Source of the DNA: Octopus sinensis | Lineage: Eukaryota | DNA length: 64,000 nucleotides | Reading direction: 5' to 3' | Assembly (NCBI RefSeq): GCF_006345805.1 | Contig: NC_043003.1 | Location: 33,232,001-33,296,000, forward strand | Shown here: positions 42,126-55,335 of the stretch, piece after piece | Numbering within the stretch: position 1 is the stretch's first letter | How the letters are laid out: each line of letters begins with the position of its first letter | The notes under the pieces: model-generated | Told to the model about the DNA's origin: nothing | Database searches by the model: none | What the model saw: only the letters and a program-made list of their open reading frames with translations | Position numbers and translations under genes: made by a program

Positions 42126-42724
42126 TTTTTTTAAATGTTTGATATCCACGTGCTAAGAATTGTTCGGTTTTCTTTTGAGTGTTTATGTATGTGTGAAAAT
42201 GTGTGTGTGTGTGTGTGATTGTTTGCGTAATTTATTTATCTGTATGGGTGTGGGTGTTTATATATTGGTATATATCGTGTTCTGTATGTATGTGTATGTA
42301 TATGTATGTGTGAGCGAGTATATGTATACTGTTTATGAATTGAGTGTTGTATGTGTGTGTGAGGAAGTATGAATAAGTAATGTGTTGAGTGTATGAGCAT
42401 GTGTGTGTATATATAGTTTATTTTTTGTTTTTTGTTTTTTGTTTTTTGTTTTTAGGTTTTGGTTTTTGATTTTTGCTTGTTGTTTTTTGGTTTTTGTACA
42501 TTTTTAAATATGAGAACTTTTATAATAGGTTTTTATATTCAATTGTTTATAGGGTTTATTTTAGATTATTTTAGATTATATATTGATTATATATAGATTA
42601 TATATAGATTATATATAGATTATATTTTATTTTTTTACATTCTTTCATTGATAATTTTATTGTTTTATTATTTTAAATTATTTTAAATTATATTTTAAAA
42701 TATTGCTATTTTTAGATCGAAAAT

Positions 42725-42768
42725 CCACCTGAAGATTGTCGGTAGCAGACATGAAACATTTGTAGTGG
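42725..42768 (+). ncRNA. Type I (minimal) hammerhead ribozyme
   Basis: CCAC-CTGAAGA-T-TGTC-ggtagca-GACA-T-GAAA-C-attt-GTA-GTGG. The core CUGAAGA/GAAA/GUA is intact, stem I is CCAC/GTGG, stem II is TGTC/GACA with a U-U at the base, and stem III is short. Confidence 0.75.
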
Positions 42769-42889
42769 CGGTTTATTTAATTTATATTAAAATTTTATGT
42801 ATTGATTAAGTCTTTCCTTATTTGGTTTTAAAATAGTGGCTTTGTCTCGAATTATATTATATTATATATATATGTATGTATGTATATAT

Positions 42890-42922
<33 letters not shown>

Positions 42923-42930
42923 TATATATA

Positions 42931-42965
<35 letters not shown>

Positions 42966-43006
42966 CGTATGTACGTATATATATTATATATACGTATGTA
43001 CGTATG

Positions 43007-43037
<31 letters not shown>

Positions 43038-43147
43038 ATATATATTATATATATATATATATATACATACATATATATATACAATTATATACATTATATA
43101 TACATACATATATACATATATATATACATACATATATACATATATAT

Positions 43148-43235
<88 letters not shown>

Positions 43236-45054
43236 ATATATATAAAAGAACGCATCTTATATGTTCCTGCATCAATATACCCATCCCCTATTTTGTTTCA
43301 AATTTACCTGGTTCAATATTTCCTTTCATCTCAGCAGGGAAAATATACATTAGAATCAATTACATACATGGGTTAATATGTTTATTTGTGTTAATTCATA
43401 CTAATATGATTAATTTGTGATTTTGGGAAGGAGAAAAAAAAATCCGTTTTGCATCAGTTCATCGGATCGTTATTATCAATATTAGTTGAATAGATAAAAA
43501 AAAAAAACTAAAAAAAAAAATAGCAAACACCAGATTTACAAGGGCGGCATGAATCATGCGTCATTCAAAGACATTAGCATCTTTCATACGTGAAATGTAA
43601 TACATGAGCGAGGATGGAAATCGAGTCAGAGAAAAGATTTATGTGGATGTTAACTTTTCTCAACGGCGTTCGCTTATACGAAAGTTTATAACAAGCCTAT
43701 TATGCTGACATATTTTAACAACAGAGGAATTACATTCAACAAAGAGATTATTCTCAAATCAGAAATGATCTGCACTGCTATCCAGCTGTGTTCGTTTTTG
43801 TGTATGACTGATGCCAACGTTTTAATAGCAAGGAAATAGTATCTGATCCGGAAGCCAACCGGTTTTATCGATTCGTGCAATTAAGTCTAGTTCAAACAAA
43901 TATTACCCATTGTTCAGCTTAACGAGAAACATATGTCCAAGTCCATCCACAACCTGAAAATATTAGAGTCAGCGGGACACTTGTTATTTAAGTATTTGTA
44001 GCCTATTTACTCGCAGGTGATAAAAGGGTCCGTGTAATTTCATTTGAAGGTATATTTTCAACATGTTTATAACAGACACACTCCTTAACAGCATAATACA
44101 GTCGACCGATAGGAAAGGCATTTGGAAAGAGCTGAAGGTGTGGGAAAGGATTCAGCTTCTAATTGGTGATACAGGTCGACTACCCCTTCATATCCAAATG
44201 ACCAAAACACATGAAAAACACACATACACACACACTCACATACGCACACACATATACACACACACACACAAACAAACACACAAGCATACACGCAATCACA
44301 CATCCAAAATGTACACAATCACACATACAAATAACAGCGTGGGTACTTTCTTGTCATTTGTTTCTATGGTTCAGTCCTAGTTTGTAAGTATGTATTTATG
44401 TATTCAATGGTTTTACTAAGATTTGGTGTACAAACAGTACCTGTGCAGATGAATAATTTTCAGTAGGTGTAGCTTGCACTGTATTAACACCACCTATTGG
44501 CCCAAGAAGACTTACGACGATGTAACATGAAAATTAACAAAACCAGGAACTTCCAAGACGTCAGGTTTTATTTCGGAGATTTTCTTCTAGGTAGATTACC
44601 AACCAAGATTAAAGAGCTTCTACCTGTCCATGAGTTAAGCAATCCCACTCCAGACACCAAACCGACACCCAAACACTTTATAAAGTGATCAAATATCACT
44701 TCGGTGTCCAATGCGGAGAAGCTCAATCATACATACAAAAAAATAAGACGTTATTTAAAAAATATAAATAAAATATGATTTAAATATAAGTAATATATAC
44801 GTAAATATATATATATATATACTTGTAAGAATATATATATATATATAAATGTTTTACACATATTTGTTGGATGGGCATTGTCTGCTCATCAGTTTCTCCA
44901 CCCTTTGACGGGTCTTATATTTCGTCCCACAGGGTGTCCAACAGTCACCCCCCTCACCAAGCAAACCTTGTGAGGTTGCTAGTTTAGTCACCGACAACCC
45001 GACTATAGAATAGTAGCACTCAAGAGCGACCTAACATATATTACGATCGAGAAG

Positions 45055-45449
45055 GTGACTCACAATGAGATTTTTGTGTGCACAGTTTGTCACAGATCAT
45101 GCCTTACTTGTGCTGGGCTCAAATCTCATTTACAAACCTATGGTGAACGAAATTCCACCAACTATTCTGCCCATGTGTCTGTGCACACTTTTCAATGGAA
45201 TGCATGCCAGAAGGTCTGCAAATCTAACGGATGCCTCAAAACACATTTTTTAAATCCACAAAGATCAGAACTTAACTGTAACTCTTGGTGGTTCAAATTG
45301 GATTTGCAATCTACGTATGAGCCTCTTCAAACCATTGTCTTGTTTAAAAAGCCACATCATATGCTATGATGGTTCCAAGGTGTAAGCACAGTAGGTGATC
45401 AAACTCTGCATCGGTAGACAACACCGATGTATGTATGTATGTATGTATG

Positions 45450-45480
<31 letters not shown>
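45055..45480 (+). mobile_element. RTE-like LINE 3' end with decayed C2H2 fingers and (TGTA)n tail
   Basis: FVCTVCHRSCLTCAGLKSHLQ and FQWNACQKVCKSNGCLKTHF, a short 3' UTR, then (TGTA)n. C-terminal C..C.R.C....GL.SH motifs are typical of RTE ORFs. Confidence 0.55.
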
Positions 45481-45705
45481 GTATGCATGTATGTATGCAT
45501 GTATGTATATATGTATGTATATATATAAAGATAGAAAGAGACATACATATATAATATATATACAGTATATATATATATATATATATATAATAAAAATGGT
45601 AAATAATTTTTCAGTGGTTTTTCATACAACCAACAATTATTTACCGGTAAATTTCGGTATGTAAATATGACAATTTCAGCGTCAGGAACTTCTGTAAAGT
45701 TCAGT

Positions 45706-46269
45706 ATATAGTAAAAATAATTAAAAGGGCGGGCAACAGGCTGCTTCGCCGCATACCGAAGGAATTAGAAATGGCAGTCAAAGACTGTTTTTTCCATTTT
45801 CTACAAACCCTGCGATTCACATACGCAAAATCGGAGAAGCAAATAAACGGAAACAATCTCTTACCGTCAATGGTGAACATGTTTCTAGATCACAGGCTAG
45901 AAATTGCCTGATTTCCTTCGTCAACACCATACTCGATAGATTTACCAAATGCCACAAGCCTTCACCTCTGACCAAGCGCCGGTCAGAGGTGAAGGCTTGT
46001 GGCATTTGGTAAATCTATCGAGTATGGTGTTGACGAAGGAAATCAGGCAATTTCTAGCCTGTGATCTAGAAACATGTTCACCATTGACGGTAAGAGATTG
46101 TTTTCGTTTATTTGCTATTCCGATTTTGCGTATGTGAATCGCAGGGTTTGTCGTATATGGAACCTCCACTTGTAGAAATGGAAAAAACAGTCTTTGACTG
46201 CCATTTCTAATTCCTTCGGTATGCGGCGAAGCAGCCTGTTACCCGCCCTTTTAATTATTTTTACTATAT
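45706..46269. repeat. ~560-bp near-perfect palindrome (arms ~267/289 bp, 7-nt loop AAGCGCC at 45974-45980)
   Basis: The arms are reverse complements apart from a few substitutions, a 1-nt indel and a ~22-nt extra segment in the right arm (~46150-46172). Mirror ORFs at 45817-46005(-) and 45949-46137(+) confirm this. Confidence 0.97.
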
Positions 46270-46283
46270 CTATATACATACAT

Positions 46284-46466
46284 AGGCGCAGGAGTGGCTG
46301 TGTGGTAAGTAGCTTGCTTACCAACCACCTGGTTTCGGATACATGCCCAATGCGTGACACCATGGGCAATTGTCTTCTACTATAGCCTCGGCTCGACAAA
46401 GCCTTGTGAGTGGATTTGGTAGATTGAAACTGAAAGAAGACTGTCATATATATGTATGTGTGTGTG

Positions 46467-46501
<35 letters not shown>

Positions 46502-46715
46502 ATGTTTGTATGTCTGTGTTTGTCACGCAATCATCGCTTGACAACTGGTGGTGGTGTGTTTACGTCCACGTAACTTAGCTGTTCGGCAAAAGAGATCGAT
46601 AGAATACGTACTAGCCTTCCAAAGAATAAGTCCTGGGGTAGATTTGCTCGACTATAGGTGGTGCTCCAGCATGGGCACCGTCAAATGACTGAAACAAGTA
46701 AAAGAGTAAATAGAG
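46284..46715 (+). mobile_element. SINE family A, full length
   Basis: AGGCGCAGGAGTGGCTGTGTGGTAAGTAGCTTGCTTACCAACCAC.. to ..GAAACAAGTAAAAGAGTAAA. Confidence 0.9.
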
Positions 46716-46819
46716 TATACATATATACATATATATCTATTTATTTACATTTATATATATATATAAATGCGCGCGCATACACACACGCACATACACACAC
46801 ATACACACACACACACAAA

Positions 46820-46874
<55 letters not shown>

Positions 46875-47132
46875 TTATTGTTTGCTCTGAAGCTATGAAA
46901 GATTGATCAAGATTCTAGAGATTAGAATCAAAGTAGATCATAAATTGATCAGAAAATATGGCACAAAATATATATTTAGGAAAATGTCCGAGAAAGTTAT
47001 TTAATGACAAAAAGTGAGATGTTCTCACGTGCCAAGAGCAATTTTGAAAATCTGCGGAATGATTGATATAAGTGAAATTCAAATTTACAAAAAGTAAACA
47101 TCCACAACAATGCGCATATGTATGTGTACGTA

Positions 47133-47173
<41 letters not shown>

Positions 47174-47185
47174 TATATATATATA

Positions 47186-47224
<39 letters not shown>

Positions 47225-47349
47225 TATATATATATAGATATATATATATATATATATGCATATATATATTATATATATGCATATATATATATATGCATAC
47301 ACACACATACACGCACACAGATATATATATATATACATATATACATATG

Positions 47350-47383
<34 letters not shown>

Positions 47384-47495
47384 GATATATATATATATAA
47401 TATATATATATATTATATATATATACATATGTATATATGTATATATATATATGTGTATATATATATATATGTATATATACAGATATATGCAAATA

Positions 47496-47548
<53 letters not shown>

Positions 47549-48372
47549 GTGTGTGTGTGTGTGGTGTATGCATATATATATAGGTATACATTATTCACAC
47601 AATACGTGTTGGTATATTATAGCATGAAAAGCAGACATCAATATTACAATATATACTACATTCGCATATATTGGCACTTGCATAAATCTGCTACCACGAA
47701 AAAGAAAACGGGGCAAGGAACAGTATTTTAAGAATTACAATGTAATTTATATAGAATCATGCATAAACAACCATCTGTACGTACATATATAAATATATTC
47801 TTGTAGGGAGACGTAAATATAAGAGATAGAGATCAACAAAGCAAACAGTATATTTAAAAATTATTGATGTTATCAATGGAATGATACAGGCTGCATCCCT
47901 CCAATTTTCCACATACACGCATGCGCACACACGCATGTACACACACGCAAACACACACACACAAATACACCCATGCTCACAAAATAATATTACTTCAAAT
48001 TTCGTGGATTTAGGAGATTGGCATCCGGTCAGATGCTCGAAGAGAGACTGCAGTAAGTATATAAGAAACATCAAATAGCTTCTAACTCTGATGCATAGCG
48101 GAAGACATGCCCTATTCCCAGGAGACCTTAAAGACAATTACAAAATACATATAAACGGAAGAAGAATATTTGAATGCTACTTCTGCGAGCGTGTATGTTT
48201 GTAACTATGTATATTTGCGTATACACACATATACATGTGTATATATATATACATACACATAGGCTTACATATATATCTGTCTATTTATCTATTATATATA
48301 TACATGCGTAAATGCACACACACACACCCACACACACACACACTCATATATGTATATGCATATATACGTATG

Positions 48373-48457
<85 letters not shown>

Positions 48458-48635
48458 CAAATAAAATTAAAAACAGAACACAAAGGATATCACGGTACAC
48501 GTGTTTCAAGCTGTATAAACAATCAGTTCTTACATTAGTGTATTATTGATATAAAAGATGGTTTAAAGCTGTCTTATACTATACGTATATATAAATAGCA
48601 GCAATAAATGAGATCTAATAATGAGATCTAATAAA

Positions 48636-49125
48636 TGAGATAGATTCCCCGCTAGTCTTCTTAAGGAATGTAGGCACCAACTTGCAATTCCTCTGACCAA
48701 CCTCTGGAGAAATTTTTTAGACTCTGGTTTTATACCGAAACAGCTCCTATTCCAATCGGTCATCCCGGTTTTCAAACAGGGAAACAGATCCCCCGCAGTC
48801 AATTATCACCCAATCTCACTCACCTCCCACATCATTAAAGTGTTTGAAAGAGTGGTAAGATCAAGGGTAGCTGGCTTCCTGGAAATCCATAAACTTCTAA
48901 ATGCAAATCATCATGGCTTTCACCCTGGCAGGGACTATCTAACACATCTCTTACACCACATTGAGGATATACATAAAGCCTTGGGAACAGGTTCGAAATC
49001 TAATGTCATATATCTTGACTTCAGTAAAGCGTTCGACATGTTTGACCATAATATCTTACTCTGAAATTTGGCAAATGTTGGAATCCGTGGAAATCTTCTA
49101 CATTGGATGGAGTATTTCCTGGCGA
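48636..49125 (+). pseudogene. CR1/L2-group LINE reverse transcriptase fragment
   Basis: LLKECRHQLAIPLTNLW..VIPVFKQGNRSPAVNYHPISLTSHIIKVFERVV..HHGFHPGR..VIYLDFSKAFDMFDHNILL*..GIRGNLLHWMEYFL. Confidence 0.85.
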
Positions 49126-50595
49126 ATATCTCCATCGTGCGTGCTACACGCGAAATAAAAAAAAAGCGGAGGTTGTGGCTGCTGCTGCAAAGAATATTTT
49201 CTCGTGTGGAGGCAGTAATGGCCCAAAAGGTCGGCCATATTGAATAATTTTTTTTTTGCAGTAAATGTTACACTAAAATCATATCTGTCTAGTACTATTA
49301 TTTTAGTGTTTGTAACCAGTTTTATACATCGTAAACATTATCTCAATTTATCTACAAGACCCTGTGTTTTTATAAATCTCAATCTCATATGTGTGCAAAC
49401 GTTTGAGTCTAATCTGTTGTACTCATTTGTGTATATGCATGTGAATATGCTTATTATTACATATATGTTTGCATATTTACCTATGTGCCTATCAGTTTGA
49501 GCGTGTCAAAGTGCTTCAATGCATGTGCGATGTGTGTGTGATGTATGCTTGTGTATGTATGTGTATATGAGAATAATGACTTAGAGAGCCACTATGATGA
49601 AAAGTGGTGAGGATTAAAATAAGAGAAACGCCAAGAACAAAGATAAAGCTTATATGTTAATATCATGTTGTAATTCTAATATTTAGGGTAAAAACATTAA
49701 ACAAATCGTTTCGTACATTTGAAGAAAAACAGGAGCAAAATCAAGTTTCTTTGCTCCTTTCTCACTGACTCACTGACACACTCACTCACTCCCTGACACA
49801 CTCACTCACTCACTCACCCATTCACTCACTCACTCAACCTCTCATCCACGCAATCAATCACTCACCAGCACATTCTCATTATCTTTTTCTGTCTTTCTTT
49901 CTCTGTCTCTCTTTCTTTCTCTCTCTGTCACACACTCGCACACTCAAACACATGCACATTCACTAAATGGACACAGATACACCTCCATGCAAGACTTTGT
50001 GTTCGATGCATGCGTACTGTAAGGGAAGGGTTACCTCGATGAATATACGGAACTTTTATTGTGTGTGTGTGTATGTGTGTGTGCCTGTGTGTGTATGTGT
50101 GTGCCTCTGTGTGTATGTGTGTGTGTGTGCGTGTATGTGTGTGTGTGTGTGTGTGCCTGTGTGTGTGCCTGTGTGTGTGTGTGCACTTGTGTGAGAGTAC
50201 ACTCCCCACAGGTTGTTTTAGAATAAAGGAAGTATTAGACGATGCTAGTAGAATATCTATGGAAATTATGTGTTTTAGCAAAACACAAATGGCGTTTAGC
50301 TACACATAACAGCATGAGTTTAGCTGTAAGATAGAAGCTTAGTGAAATTAGAGACATTTTTCAGCGCTGAATCCTTTCATTATCAAACGAAATCGAGACG
50401 AAAGCTATTAAGTCAGTAGGGTGCATAAATATTTTTTCTTTCGCTATCAGTACAGCTTAAATGAATTAACAACTCTGTGCCCAGTTGACAACTCTGACGT
50501 TTAAGTCCTATATACATTCACTATCGAATGATGGTGGGGATGTGAAATATATCAAACGGCTAAATTCCTTACCCCTTGCCCAATTAAAGCATATA

Positions 50596-50800
50596 TTCTT
50601 TTATTCATTTATGTGTTTCACTAATTGTACTTCGGGCCTGCTGCAGCAGCGCCTCGAAAAACATTGTCGATCACATCGACCTTAGTTTATAGGTCTCTTA
50701 AATTTGGTATTTGATCTGTGAGCTTATTTTGCCGAACTGCTCAATTCTAGAGACGTACACAAACCAAAAGTAGTTGTAAATGGCTTTCGCAGACACAAAC
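50596..50800 (-). mobile_element. Degraded SINE family A, 3' half
   Basis: Weak reverse-complement match (TTTGCCGAACTGCT, CAGCGCCTCGAA, GTTTCA, TTCTTTTATTC). Confidence 0.5.
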
Positions 50801-50918
50801 ATAGACACACAGACACACTCCCACGCACGCGCATTTATGTGGAAGCTTGTCGTGTGTTTATATCTTTATGTTTATCTATCTACGAGTATCTATTTATTCA
50901 TCTATTTATATGTATGTA

Positions 50919-51790
50919 TGAGGGGTTAGACAGAATATTGGAAACACCTTAAATTTTCAAACAAATTTATATTAATATGCGGTAGAACCGCCTTTGGCAG
51001 TAATTACAACTTGAATTTTACCAAGTATGGACTCGTACAAAGTTTGAATTGTTTTCAAAGGAATTTTTGTCCATTCTTCAGTCTCCGGTTCTTGTAGTGA
51101 TGATGGTGGAGGATATCGACTCCTTATTTCTTTTTCTAAAATGTATCATAAATATTCAATAATATTGAGATCTGGGAACTGTGGTGGCCATATAAGATGT
51201 TCAACTTCGCTACAATGTTCTACGTGCCATTTAGTAACAGCTATAGCTGTGTGAATTGGAGTATTATCATCCTGAAAGATTACGTTTTCCCTCGGAAACA
51301 GTTCCGCAACCATAGGATGAATTTGATCAGATAAAGTGCTTAAATAGACTTGACTATTAATTCTACTATGAACGGAAACCATTAAACCGGCGGATTTCCA
51401 AGAAATACCCCTCAGATCTTCACAGATCCTCCTCCATGGTTAATAGTTGGAAGAAGGCAGTCTGGGTCAAGTACTTTTTTTACTTTTCTCCGCACGTATA
51501 CTCGGCCGGTTGTCGGAAATAAGGTAAGCATGACGTCCGAGAAAATAACCTTCTTCCACTGCTCTAGGGACCAATTCTGTAGGTTTTTACTCCACTCTAA
51601 ACGCTTTTGCAACGTTTGTTTTTGAAAGTAGTGGTTGTCTGATAGCAGTCCTCATATGAAATCCGGCTTTGTGCACCTCCTGGCGAACAGTTTTTGTGGA
51701 AACTGGGTTCTCGACGTGGTCATTAGGCTCTGCAATAGTTTTGGGAGCTGTACTTTTGTGATCCTTTCTAACAATTAGTAATACTTTCAT
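50919..51790 (-). mobile_element. Tc1-family DNA transposon remnant (frameshifted DDE transposase)
   Basis: VSTKTVRQEVHKAGF..RQPLLS / KRLEWSK..WKKVIFSD..PTINHGGGSV / IFQDDNTPIH..WPPQFPDLNIIEYL. The terminus is TA|TGAGGGGTT at 50917-50927. Confidence 0.9.
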
Positions 51791-52102
51791 TTAATCCTGA
51801 AAATATTATTTACTAGCCTTGAAGCCGCCCTCCGATCGTCACTGCGGAAGGCACCCTTGAGGCCTTCGGGTCTATTTTCCATATTTCTTTTTTTTTTTCA
51901 TTTTATTATGTCGATGAATATTTGCGACACTTTCACGAAGTTATATGTGCTTCCAAGTCACTGTCACAATTAATTCACTTCGCTTCATATTTTTACAAAT
52001 GACCCTCCTAAGCAAGGGAAATGTATGACTATCTTAGCATTCATAATTTTACCATCACTTCACTATTTCTGAAAAAAATAATAAAATGAGATTGAGATAA
52101 AT

Positions 52103-52390
52103 GACTTCTACTATAGCCTCAGGCCGACCAAATCATTGTGAATGGATTTTGGAGACGGAAACTGAAAGAGGCCTGTCGTATATGTGTGTGTTTGTTTGTC
52201 CTCTCCCTTTCGCTTGACCACCGATGTTGGTGTGCTTTTGTCGTCGTAACTTAGCGGTTCGGCAAAGGAGACAGATGAAATAAGTATTAGGGTTACAAAT
52301 AATAAGTCCTAGTATTGACTCGTTCTACTAAAGGCAGTGCTCCAGCATGTCCACAGTTAAATGACTGAAACAAATGAAAGAATAAAAGAA
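52103..52390 (+). mobile_element. SINE family A, 5'-truncated
   Basis: CTTCTACTATAGCCTCAGGCCGACCAAA..GACGGAAACTGAAAGA..TAACTTAGCGGTTCGGCAAA..AATGACTGAAACAAATGAAAGAATAAAAGA. Confidence 0.85.
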
Positions 52391-52397
52391 TATATAT

Positions 52398-52822
52398 ATA
52401 TTAGGAAGTATAACTCCAAACTCACAAGGAAAAATTCAATTTAGTATTAAATCAAATTTCACAGTATAAATATATAAAATATGAATTAGAGATAAAACAT
52501 TAGAGATAACAAATATATTATTTTATCTATTTCTTAAATAAAGATTGTTTAACTCTATTTGCTTATTTAACTATTAATATTAATCTGAAGATTGACTATA
52601 ATTTTAATTCGAATTTATTTCAATTGAATTTAAATTTAATTGTAATTCGAGTTTGGTTGTAGCCATGAAACGTAGTGTTTTTACTTATTATATTATATAT
52701 TTATCAGTGATTTTATACTTTTTGAGGTCTAGTTATAAGTTATATGTTTAAATAAAAAAAATTATATATATATATTTGTTATATATATTTGTATTGGTTT
52801 ATCTCTATTTCATATTTTATAT
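52398..52822 (+). mobile_element. Short diverged relative of the 39220-42858 element, with a degenerate hammerhead (52581-52679)
   Basis: ATTAGGAAGTATAACTCCAAACTCACAAGGAAAAATTCAATTTAG resembles 39220-39265. CTGAAGA (52585) .. GAAACGTA (52667) is present, with a short inverted repeat at 52473-52498 / 52797-52821. Confidence 0.5.
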
Positions 52823-52829
52823 ATATATA

Positions 52830-52893
<64 letters not shown>

Positions 52894-54276
52894 CTGTATA
52901 TATAAGTATATATGTATGCATATGTATGTATGTATGTATGTGTGTATGTATGTATAGTCTGAACATCAATAATAACTACAATAAGGACAAAGGGACAAAG
53001 AACAAAGTTATAATTATTTAAACCTACAGAGACGAAAAGGAAATATTATGACTATTTGTTACCTGTATTGTAATATGGTCGATTGATTTGCTCCGATCGG
53101 CGTCAGAGAGAGAGAGGTACTAATGCAATTCCATTGTATCAGCAAACAATAACACACTTTACCATATATACATATATATCTATACATGCTATCCTGGTAA
53201 TGAAAGCAGATCATACATATCAGATAGTGTTCAGCAATCAATGTTTATATATCGTGTAATGTTTCAGACTACTATGCGTATTTTGTCACGGTTCTATTTT
53301 CATTGTAAACAGCCTTACAAAACGTCAGAGGTATCGAGTACAACACCATTTGATACTATAACCATTTGATTGAAGAAATGATTAAGATGGAGTCGATTCA
53401 TTTGAAGAAGTGATTAAGCGGTGGTCTATATATTGGCACAGGCTTAGATGCCACACTCATCGATTACGTACTAATTGATACACATACTTGCTATACGAAA
53501 TTGTGACCACTTGCTTGCATTGGGATTTCTATATTTAGGGCCATTGCACGCTTAATTGTATTAATTTAATCCAAACACTACTTTGTACGAACTATGAGTA
53601 ATACTATGAGAGGAACTTAAAATGAAATGTAGCACCTATAGCTTTGACAAAATTAACCGTTTAAGCGAGATATCCAACTCATTTAACAGACGTAAATAAG
53701 CATTTGTAAAATTTGATTTCTTTCTACAAACAAGCAACCAACAATAACCAAACATAACCATCACACTCAATAACAAAACTTCTATAAACAAATCAACGTT
53801 GCTCAAACTACCACTAAATCACATCTTAACATCTTTCCAAAAGGAGAAATCACTGGTTACTGTAGTGTTATACATTTAAAATGAATAAAGAAAGCAATAG
53901 TCAGAGTTGGAACGCTTTTAGTCTTAAATACTAACCCAAACTTACTTTGGACTAAACAGAAGAAGCAACTTAAATGTATCATTTAATCAAAATGTATAAA
54001 TATTGATAGCTAAATATACTGTCTTTACAATATCCAACTCACACACAAAGAAATTAAAATGAAAAAAAGCGAAACACTAGGGATATTATATAGTTCATAA
54101 CAGTCCTGCTGCGGCCTCTAATTACGGACTGATAACTCATTGTAAACCATAAGGAAACAAAACAGAGCACTTTGCATCATTGCCAGATACGTACTAGTCA
54201 ACACGAATACCAAGCGACACATATCGAAGCATGCCCACCTAGAAAATGGAGATACAAGTGTCTTCTGTACAAACAA

Positions 54277-54366
<90 letters not shown>

Positions 54367-54387
54367 ATGTATATATATGTATGTATA

Positions 54388-54442
<55 letters not shown>

Positions 54443-55033
54443 ATGTATGTATGCAACTCTATGCATGTAGGTATTTGCATGCACGCACGTACGCACATAC
54501 ACAAGTACATACAGACCTATATATTAGTGTATGCCTGTATAAAATCTTCATCATGCTCTAAGTATATTTCGGGGTTTTGTCAATATTTGACGCTCAAAAT
54601 TCAGTAAATTAGAGATTGGCCTATTGAAAATGTTTAACCAACAATGCCGATTATAAGACATAATAGATAAATATTTTCAGGATATACACTGTCTGTGTGT
54701 TACTGACGTTTACATGAACTGGGACAGGAAACCTATCTTAAATAATTATATTGATATATTAATTGCTATTATCTTTCTCCCATTTTTATCGCTGAGGCTT
54801 AATGATCAGTGAACAGCATATGGGTGTTTCACAGAACACACCTTGCTGGTCATCATAACAAATCATTTAGCTAACATTACTTCATTGATTTTAAAGAGAT
54901 ATTCATTGTTCCCATAAAGAGGTAGATGTATTTCCTAGGTGCAGCTGTGGTGTCTTCGATAATGAGCAAAATAGTCGAGCTCATCCCATCAAATAGTCGA
55001 TTTGAGTGCGTTTGTACCAAGCAAAAAGTAAGG

Positions 55034-55129
<96 letters not shown>

Positions 55130-55282
55130 GTCTGTCTCTCTGCCTGTCTGTCTATTTATTTATCTATCTGTCTATCTATCTGTCTGTCTGTCTCTGACTG
55201 TGTATATGTGCGTGTGTGCGTGTGCGTGTGTGCGTGTGCGTGTGTTTGTGTATGTATATATACATATATATATACCCACACA

Positions 55283-55335
<53 letters not shown>

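Larger units (their letters stand above)
39220..42858 (+). mobile_element. Non-autonomous PLE/retrozyme-like element with ~115-bp inverted ends, a hammerhead and an internal composite tandem repeat
   Basis: 39284-39398 is the reverse complement of ~42744-42858. The hammerhead is at 42725-42768, and (TA)n lies on both flanks. Confidence 0.6.

Noticed and set aside
45055-45369. Host C2H2 zinc-finger gene
   Set aside because: The fingers are degenerate, lack TGEKP linkers and are followed by a short UTR and (TGTA)n tail, which fits an RTE-like LINE end better.
25975-48645. Short tandem triplications (19-bp x3 at ~25978-26035; ~14-bp x3 at ~48603-48643) considered as CRISPR-like arrays
   Set aside because: They have no spacers and lie in a eukaryotic context within or next to LINE remnants, consistent with simple slippage duplications.
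53230-54240. Possible decayed PLE reverse transcriptase
   Set aside because: Faint resemblance only (GLYIGTG..), with no clear YxDD motif.
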